A stretch of DNA of 64,000 nucleotides. It comes from Octopus bimaculoides (Eukaryota). The stretch is from positions 159,173,821 to 159,237,820 of the forward strand of contig NC_068982.1 in assembly GCF_001194135.2 (NCBI RefSeq), given 5' to 3'. The translations under genes were made by a program, and so were the position numbers. Of the stretch, positions 54,450 to 64,000 are shown one piece after another (position 1 is the first letter of the stretch; each line of letters opens with the position of its first letter). The notes below the pieces were generated by a model. That model saw only the letters and a program-made list of their open reading frames with translations. It had not been told where the DNA came from and made no database searches.

Positions 54450-55330
54450 ATGTGATGATAATAGGACAATAGTGGGGGTATACGTAAAAGAAAAGTATTA
54501 ACTTGCGCAAATGTTCATGTCTCCCAGACAAGAATCGCGACATTCTCTTCAGAAAACGAAGAACAAATAGGTCATATACTATAGTGACTATAAATATATA
54601 TTTTGGGTTCGATAAACTAGTTAGATAAAGACGTAAAGGACTGATGTAGTGAGATATATGGGGGGCGGTGAGAGAATTGAGAAGTGAAGTGAAGGGCATG
54701 TATTAGTGAGGTGAATGGAAGCACCTCTACGGCGTGCAGATATAGGGGGAAATAATGAATCAACAAAGGAGTGGCAAAACGAAATTTGAGACAACAAATG
54801 ATCCGAGTACAAAGAAGAGGGAGACAGTAGCGCTGCTAAGGGGGAGTCGGTCAATGTGAGATATGCATTATCGACACGTGAGTTATAAACCGTGGCTATA
54901 AAGTTAGGTAGTGAAAAAAATGGTGCAGAATGACCTGTTCAAAGGAAATGCATTAATCATACCAGGCACGGGATGGGTTAGACATCATAACATAAACGGT
55001 TTCAATCAATGTATGGATATAGATATTGTAAATTGCGGCAATTGTATCGAGTCTATATATTACATATAATGAGAGGATGAACGTCCAGCAGGAGATATGA
55101 CTGTGATCTACTTACTAGAACTAAGAGTAGGGAACAGGTGGATATTTGTAGTAGACGAGACAACTCACAATGCAGTGAACACACCTAAGTGTAAGATAAG
55201 GTATCAAAATGCGGTCATTAGAGTGACCTAATCGTACTTGAGAAGAAAAAACCCGAACAGATGTTCTGTAAACATCAAGTATTAGAGAAGAATTGGAAGG
55301 ACAGCCGAAGGGTAGGGGAATGAAAACTTA
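54450..55330 (-). mobile_element. Highly degenerate Penelope-like element region
   Basis: Fragmentary minus-strand peptides TTNIHLFPT, SQSYLLLDVHP, PNFIATVYN and LFPPISARRRG occur in the order expected for the PLE thumb and linker; many frameshifts. Confidence 0.4.
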
Positions 55331-56904
55331 TTTAAGGCTTATCTAAATCTGCTATAGTATAACGATTTATGGTAATATAAAAAATTTTTCATAACTTTAA
55401 CGACAATCTTTTGTAGAAAATCTTTCTTTCTTAGAAAAACAATTTCAGTGATAATCGGTAGTATAAATTAGAGAGCAGTCGACCTCCACAAATAGTATTG
55501 CAGTGTTAATGATAAACTAGGGGATATCATAAAAGATACATTCAAAGCTGAAATTAGATGTGGGTGGCCGGGTAGGTTGAGAATTTTTGTTTAATGTTCG
55601 AGAATGTGCCGATAAATGCGAGGCATTAGCGCTTAAATTTGATCGTTGATCCTATGTAAATTTTAGTTGGGTTTAATTGTACTGTGGTTACTGTGTATTT
55701 ATACATAACATAAAGCGTAAACAATAGCAACGCATGGAAAATTCGCTGGTATTCTTTATAGTCAATGTCCTCTTCTTTTCGATTAGAGGAGATGTATCTT
55801 CTATCACATATTACTGATAATATTATCATTGCCAATATCATTATTAGTATTACGATTATTATCACAGGTACAGCCAGTAATATTAATATTATAAATGTAA
55901 TTGCAATCAGTAAAATTCTACGAAATTTTATGAAAATCCGCACTAGTTAATAGCCTTACCTTGCTTTCATGTATATCTAAAATATTGCTTCAACATTGTA
56001 CCCGCGTGTATAATATGCAGTGCTATATCAGCCAATTATCGAACTTTCGAAACAGTTGTAAATATAGGTTTTGATTGCATCATGCAAACTGTATGCGCAA
56101 CGTTTCATATAAATATAATCCTTACGCCTGTTACCGTATCTGTTACTACTTGAATACATAAATTCATACATATGAATACGTATATGTATGTGTGTGTGTC
56201 TGCGTGTAATGTATATGTGTGCTTACTTGTGTATATATATATATATATATATATACATACTCTTGTCGATATATTTATTTAAGATGTACGACATAGGTGT
56301 TAACAATGTGTAATTTTAACATACTGCGGCGACCATAGTAACAGTCAGTCCTATATTTAGAAAACATTATTGATTGATTATAACTTTTGTCATTGGAAGC
56401 AGAATCAGTAGAGCGCCGGATAACACATCCTTAAAGTTCGGTATGTCATCATATGCTGATCTCAAATCCTGATAGGCTTTTCTACGCTGCGTTTTAACCT
56501 TCCTAACTTGATGCAATTCATATGGTGATTTATCAGTTTCCTCTACTTCAAATGTGTACTGTTATTACACTATCCATTTATTACGAATTAAAATACGGTC
56601 ATCCGTTTCCTTATGGTAATATCCCTCTTCAACAGACATAATAGAATGAATAAATCATTATTATTATAATTACTACAGTACTGGTATCGAATTGGTGAGT
56701 GAAAATAGTGTCCATTTGTTCCTTAGCCCAGGTCAATACTAATCAAGTAGACACATGACCAAATCTTTGTAGTCACGACAGCCCTTACTTATTTTCCAAT
56801 ATATGAATAATACACATACATTGTGCATATGCATGTATGCATGCATATATATGTGTGTGTGTGTGCATACACACACATGCACACACACACACACACACAC
56901 ACAA

Positions 56905-56965
<61 letters not shown>

Positions 56966-57469
56966 CATACACGCGCACAATCTACAATCATGGTATTCTT
57001 CATTTTCCTTTTTAATGAGCAGGGTTATACGGGAATTTGATTGCTATTCCCAGTAGGTTAAGCGACCGTGTAATTATTCTATGTTGAGTCTGATTGCTGC
57101 AGCCATGTTGAATATTGCTGGGTTCTACAGAGCATCTTGTCACTAATATTAACGATAGGTGTCAAGGAGTAATGTAAGATGTGTGAAGAATGTAAGACTT
57201 CGGGTGTAGAACACTCAATAATAGTAATCAATAATAGATGTTTCTAATTAAGGCACAAGACCAGTGGTTTGTGGTGGAGAAAGCTATTCGATGACAGCAG
57301 TATGGCATTACCATATTGAAAAGGATTGAAGGTGTTGACTACAACGGAGGTACAAGTTAAAACATAAATTACCACAAAAAATAGTATGAGGTATTTTTTC
57401 CCGCGTTTAGCACAACTGCCACGAAGCCATTGTCGTTTATATTTTTAGCATAAGATGCATACATTCTCT

Positions 57470-57525
57470 CTTACTATTTCTCTATATATCTCTCTCCCTA
57501 TCTCTCTCTCTCTCTCTCTCTCTCT

Positions 57526-57605
<80 letters not shown>
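57470..57605 (+). repeat. (CT)n microsatellite
   Basis: Seen directly. Confidence 0.97.
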
Positions 57606-57608
<3 letters not shown>

Positions 57609-57980
57609 TCACTCGATCGTTCATTCTCTCTCCCCACATCTGCACATATAAATGTGTGCGTGCGTGTGTGTATATGTATTTTACCACGCACACATATATT
57701 TAGTACAATACATAACATCTGCCCAAGTAATTTTGAATTTGAGCATTTTAATTATAACTCATATGGCAAATAACATGTAATGTTATAGCAGTAACTGACC
57801 TATATATATGTATATATGTAAGTATGTTTGTATGTATGTGTGTATGTATGTATATAGGCATATATATGTGTCGCTTCAGAGTATCGTTCGGACAGGGGTG
57901 TAGGCAAACATGTAAAACTTCTAACCCAGTTCCATGTACGTATATATATATATGCATATACATATATATGCATGTATGTA

Positions 57981-58012
<32 letters not shown>

Positions 58013-60039
58013 AGTTTTTGAAAGAGAAGACACTCGTACTTGACAAGTTGGTAATTTATTCTCTGTCTTTTTACCTGGACGTGCACGGGATGATCTAGCG
58101 AAAGAGTTCAAAGCGTCCAAGCTTAAGTCTTCCAAGTGTTGCAAATGACACTTGGTGGGGAGGATGTAAAGCACATCATTCAACCACGTGTTTCAACAGA
58201 AATTGCCTGAGATATTGACTGAATCTTGCATTTAGAAACGGATACTCAATGCCTCTTTATAATTCGACTCCCGTATGTGTGTTTAAATCTGAATGCGTAC
58301 TTGAGAGCATCTGGCATTGTTACTTATATCCATGCGGAATATTTTAACGGTCATGTAGTTCAATGGAGGATTGTTTGCTTCAGCGCTGGTATCTGTTTGA
58401 GCATTGACATATTTTTTGTTAGTGTTATTCTTTGTAATTATTAATGTGTGATATGCTTTTTAATACATCTTGATATGTGATGTGTCTGCTGAAAATATAT
58501 ACCACTCATGTTTATGTAATGCTACTGCATGATGATTCTGGAATCGTTTACCTTTTATAATCAGGAGTGCGAGTGTGTATATGTGCCTTTCATTTCGGCT
58601 TTTTGATACATGTGTGAGATTATGATAGTAATGTCGCCATTGTGTTTGTTATTATGACTCTCATTAATTAATGCGCTAAAATATGCTCAGATGTTTTCCT
58701 GTTTTTATTACGTCATATTTGTTCGAGGAATACTATACCCACGATTATGTTTATTACACTTTGCAATCGTGTGACTCTACGTTCGTGTCGAGTGCGTGTC
58801 ATTATGGTCCAATGTATTTTACCGTTACTCGGATCACCCAACGTCGACTCATGTCTAGTGAAAGAAATTTAGGTGGATGACAAGTGGGTGGTAGCCAATC
58901 ATGTGGATAAAACCTGAAATGTAGTAGCCTAGCTTTGTCACGTATAGTTCCACGTAGACTATATTTGATAATCACATTAATAGTCCAAGTCTCCGTGAAT
59001 TATTCATTTTCACGTTATTTTATCTTGTGCTTTTGATGATAAAACTGAATGCTAATCGCCGAACTCACCGGTGAATACATTCATTACACAATCAAACGGC
59101 TGTACATCAGCATGGCCGCAGCTCTGAGCTGAAACTACAGAAGAAAAAAAAATAGATCTGATTTCAGAAGGCGGCAAAATGTGATTTGAGGACGATTTGC
59201 CTGCTATGTTGCATTTCCAGCAACTTCGTACAGGATTGATCATTGACTCATAATGTTGTGGTTGTTGTGCTGATATGTTTGTTGAATGCGACGTAAGATT
59301 GGCTTTATTCTGTTGCTTAACAATAATTTCTATCAGCGGTGTTGCTGGTTAAGTTATGTAATGTGGCTATGTGAGTTTGTGCATTATGTGCCAGTTATGG
59401 TCTTGGATGTGCATTGTATATGTATGTGCTGGTGTATGTGTATGTGTGCTTTGTGTATATGTGTGTCGGTAAATGTGTATTTTTTCTACTTTTATTTTAT
59501 ATGTGTTGTACTATAACATCTTTGTATTGTATCTGGCCAGGAGTTTGCGACAGTAAGACGAAGTTATTTCATGAACACATTATAAAATTCCAGCGTGTGT
59601 TGTGCTGCTGTAGTTCTTGTTGTCGTTGTTGTTACAGTTGTAGATGCTATTGGGCTGTTACTAATGCTGTAGTAGTAGTTGTTGCTGTTGTTCTAGTTTT
59701 CTTTCCTTGTTGTTATTGTTGTTTTGCGTGTATGTGTGATGATACTGTTGCTGGCATCGTGAAAAAGGTAACGGCTTGTTGAGCGTGAAAATGTTGAAGA
59801 AAGCTTCAACGTAACCGCTCGACTACCAAAACATAGTTGGCAAAGTACCTTCGTTTAATATACTGAAATAACGAATTATTACATCTGATAAGAAGATATT
59901 TTTAGCTCTTCGAACCAGGTCATGCAGGTCATTTTTAGGGTGTGTCCGATTATATGCCTTCACAATTAGACCAAGTTTGATTTGTTGGCTAATGCAACAG
60001 TGATAACAATTACTACAAGTCTTCGTCCGAAGCAAACAC

Positions 60040-60205
60040 TTTTAGGTGAAAGACCTAATCGATTACATCAGCTCCAATATTTGACAAGTACTTTATTTTA
60101 TCGACCTCGAAAGATGGTAGGCTAAGTTGACCTCAGCTAGAATTGAATTCAGAAAGCAAAAAGCCAGAAATAAATTGCTGTTAATCATTTTGTCTGAAGT
60201 ACTGG
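60040..60205 (-). mobile_element. SINE family A (degenerate, minus strand)
   Basis: aatcgattacatc...gtactttattttatcgacctcgaaagatg..aggctaagttgacctcagc.agaattgaattcagaa is the reverse complement of the family A core. Confidence 0.7.
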
Positions 60206-60491
60206 CAAAAGCAGCGTTTCAGTAATTGAAATAAAACGGTTACAGCGAAAATTGAGGACAATACTCCATCACTTGTTCTTCAAGCAACTACATGACCATC
60301 GGTTGATATGCGAAAGTGTTGTTGTTGTTGTTATTGTGGTTGTTGTCTATTCTCATGTCAAGTTTAATGAAACACACGTATAATAAAAGATGGAATAATA
60401 ATTTTGGTGCGTGTATATATACATACACACACAAACACATACACACACACACACACACGCACACACATATATGTATGTAAATATATGTTCT

Positions 60492-60759
60492 TTTGGGGGA
60501 TGGTCATATTGCCAGTTTAGCCACAGGCGCTATATCTTTGGTGTTCACTTGCTTCAGCTTTATTTCATATGAACTGTATTTCTGCCAGAGTTCTTTCGTC
60601 ACACATCTGTGACCTCAGCGTTTAGTTTCTTCTTTCCTTTTTGTGTCTCTCCTTCCTAACAATCTGCAATTAATATGAAATAAAACTAAAGCAAGTGAAC
60701 ACCACGTATATAATACGAATGATTTCATTCGCTAAACTGGCAATTTGACCATCTCCAAA
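60492..60759. mobile_element. MITE / foldback element with about 80 bp inverted arms
   Basis: Left ggggatggtcatattgccagtttagc...tggtgttcacttgcttcagctttatttcatat (60492-60570) matches the reverse complement of atatgaaataaaactaaagcaagtgaacacca...gctaaactggcaatttgaccatctcc (60673-60759). No clear TSD. Confidence 0.88.
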
Positions 60760-62066
60760 TGCAGCAAGGTCTGTTTCAACACACAAGTTCACATCAAGAA
60801 TCTTGCAAAAAGAATATATACACATGTGTATATNNNNNNNNNNNNNNNNNNNNNNNNNNNNNNNNNNNNNNNNNNNNNNNNNNNNNNNNNNNNNNNNNNN
60901 NNNNNNNNNNNNNNNNNNNNNNNNNNNNNNNNNNNNNNNNNNNNNNNNNNNNNNNNNNNNNNNNNNNNNNNNNNNNNNNNNNNNNNNNNNNNNNNNNNNN
61001 NNNNNNNNNNNNNNNNNNNNNNNNNNNNNNNNNNNNNNNNNNNNNNNNNNNNNNNNNNNNNNNNNNNNNNNNNNNNNNNNNNNNNNNNNNNNNNNNNNNN
61101 NNNNNNNNNNNNNNNNNNNNNNNNNNNNNNNNNNNNNNNNNNNNNNNNNNNNNNNNNNNNNNNNNNNNNNNNNNNNNNNNNNNNNNNNNNNNNNNNNNNN
61201 NNNNNNNNNNNNNNNNNNNNNNNNNNNNNNNNNNNNNNNNNNNNNNNNNNNNNNNNNNNNNNNNNNNNNNNNNNNNNNNNNNNNNNNNNNNNNNNNNNNN
61301 NNNNNNNNNNNNNNNNNNNNNNNNNNNNNNNNNNNNNNNNNNNNNNNNNNNNNNNNNNNNNNNNNNNNNNNNNNNNNNNNNNNNNNAATATCGCCGCTCT
61401 ATCTAGTGAAGCAAATGCTCATATAGAAGTTTCCATAGCAAGAATTTCCAACTCATATTGTTCACAGTCTTATTATTGTTACTGGTTTTTGTTGTTGTAA
61501 TAATCACACTGTTTTTAACGTTGTTGTTGTTGATGCTTAAGTTACTTTTCAGCTTTATTCGACCAGATTTCTGATGAAAGAATTTGGAACAGTGGTCATC
61601 GCATCGTTTACGATTGTGCTACAAACTCACGTCGATCTAACTAGACACAATTTCGAAGGGTATGAGTCAAGAGATGTTAGTATTATATTAGCTGGTAGTT
61701 AGCAGTCTACATGAAAACTGTGCCGCGCGTTCGATTTGCCGTCGTAAGGTAATTGCAGTAGTTGGTGTTATTCCTGTCAGATGGCAGCAGCAACTGTAGC
61801 AGCGCAACCGGCACCACCGCCGCTATCATCTCCAGTAATAGCTGCAACCAAATTATAAAAGAAAGCAGCTGATAGTAAGCAGTGTTTATCTGATCGACGT
61901 ATACATAAGTACAGTGGCACTAACGCATTCAAAATCGAGCGTTTCGTGCACAGTTATCCAAACACACACAAACACACACACAAACAGTCACATACACACG
62001 GATACACAGTCACACACATACACACACACACGCGCGCGAACAACACATGCACACAAACAGACACAT

Positions 62067-62103
<37 letters not shown>

Positions 62104-64000
62104 ACATACACACACGCATGCAAACATGAGCACACACACAGACAAACACACAAATGCACACACATACACATATACCTACATGCAAATACATTGGTTGTGA
62201 CGTCGAAGTTTCGACGATCATTACTTTGTCAGTTATCACACAATTTTGACCATCGGTAAAGTTTCGAAGTCACTATCGTTATTTTTCGGTTGAAAAGTAA
62301 AATATTTTGATACATATTGACTTTTTTTTTCTTTTGTTCCTTTTTTCGATTATTTTACCAAAATGTTTGAATATGTTCATGTATCTTTGTATATAAAGCC
62401 CCCATTTTAATATATATTCGTATTTGTGTGAGTATATATCCCTGTTCGGTCTGTGTGTGTGTGTATGTTTGTGTGTGTATGTTTGTGTGTGTATGTTTGT
62501 GTGTGTCTACGTGTGCTCTATGTGCGAACGCATTTTCTGTACTCTTCCAATACTGTACTGTTCTTTTAATGGGGTGTGCTCTCATACAGAAAGCGGGAGT
62601 AAAGACAGAATGAAAGACACAGTGAGAGAGGGGAAGAGGGGAAGAGGGGAAGAGGGGAAGAGAGAGTAAGAGAAGGACAGTGGATAGCAGAAAGAGTATA
62701 ATAAAAAGTGAGTAAGAGAGAGAGAGAAAGAGAGAGACAGAGAGAGACAGAGAGAGACAGAGAGACAGAGACAGAGAGCGATAAGATGTGTGTATGTGTC
62801 TGAGCGTATATATACATTTCTTTGTGGTTAGCGTTAGTCGCCAGTTATATTACGTGCTACGTACACGCAATATTTTTCTTCGGGTCAATTTAATCTAAAC
62901 GGTCGCCAATTTTACTGACGTCGGGACCCGCTGTTGGACGAGGAATTTTCAGCTCTACGATACTAGCGATTTGAATACCAATACTAACTACCCCAATACT
63001 CATCCCATGCTATATCTTTATCGACCTGGGAAAGATGAAATACAATGCTGTTCTCNNNNNNNNNNNNNNNNNNNNNNNNNNNNNNNNNNNNNNNNNNNNN
63101 NNNNNNNNNNNNNNNNNNNNNNNNNNNNNNNNNNNNNNNNNNNNNNNNNNNNNNNNNNNNNNNNNNNNNNNNNNNNNNNNNNNNNNNNNNNNNNNNNNNN
63201 NNNNNNNNNNNNNNNNNNNNNNNNNNNNNNNNNNNNNNNNNNNNNNNNNNNNNNNNNNNNNNNNNNNNNNNNNNNNNNNNNNNNNNNNNNNNNNNNNNNN
63301 NNNNNNNNNNNNNNNNNNNNNNNNNNNNNNNNNNNNNNNNNNNNNNNNNNNNNNNNNNNNNNNNNNNNNNNNNNNNNNNNNNNNNNNNNNNNNNNNNNNN
63401 NNNNNNNNNNNNNNNNNNNNNNNNNNNNNNNNNNNNNNNNNNNNNNNNNNNNNNNNNNNNNNNNNNNNNNNNNNNNNNNNNNNNNNNNNNNNNNNNNNNN
63501 NNNNNNNNNNNNNNNNNNNNNNNNNNNNNNNNNNNNNNNNNNNNNNNNNNNNNNNNNNNNNNNNNNNNNNNNNNNNNNNNNNNNNNNNNNNNNNNNNNNN
63601 NNNNNNNNNNNNNNNNNNNNNNNNNNNNNNNNNNNNNNNNNNNNNNNNNNNNNNNNNNNNNNNNNNNNNNNNNNNNNNNNNNNNNNNNNNNNNNNNNNNN
63701 NNNNNNNNNNNNNNNNNNNNNNNNNNNNNNNNNNNNNNNNNNNNNNNNNNNNNNNNNNNNNNNNNNNNNNNNNNNNNNNNNNNNNNNNNNNNNNNNNNNN
63801 NNNNNNNNNNNNNNNNNNNNNNNNNNNNNNNNNNNNNNNNNNNNNNNNNNNNNNNNNNNNNNNNNNNNNNNNNNNNNNNNNNNNNNTATATATATATATC
63901 CATATATAAATACATAAATATACATTGAGACTAGTACATAGATCGATCGCTCGATATATATATGTAGAGAGAGATAGATAGATAGATAGATAGATAGATA

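Noticed and set aside
58075-58150. RARDDLAKEFKASKLKSSKCCK* (plus) or an exon ending CAG|GTAAAA (minus)
   Set aside because: The plus frame has no AG acceptor before it; all three minus frames are closed shortly upstream.
61783-61858. MAAATVAAQPAPPPLSSP ORF after an acceptor-like site
   Set aside because: Only 25 codons, built from degenerate GCA/CCG trinucleotide runs common in this DNA.

Overview
AT-rich, microsatellite-dense eukaryotic scaffold with about 15 N-gaps, nearly all bordered by (TA)n/(CA)n runs. The SINE families look to me like those of an octopod cephalopod (Octopus-like); this is recognition from memory, not a database result. No complete host gene can be supported, so the window is most likely intergenic DNA or large introns, with a few low-confidence exon candidates (minus-strand 4621-4791; plus-strand signal-peptide-like exon 26514-26600). 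The recognisable content is a transposable-element fossil record: a decayed mariner, an internally deleted Tc1/mariner element, a hairpin MITE, an RTE LINE fragment, several Penelope-like fragments (RT and GIY-YIG), a CR1/L2-like LINE with a CCCH zinc finger upstream of its endonuclease, tRNA-derived SINEs and a retroposed 5S rRNA copy with an internal duplication. The most interesting signal is a set of REL-endonuclease (R4/Dong-like) non-LTR retrotransposon 3' ends sitting in microsatellites: one in (TAA)n and a cluster of four in (CATA)n/(TATG)n at 50.3-54.1 kb. Most ORFs in the supplied track are microsatellite or gap artefacts.
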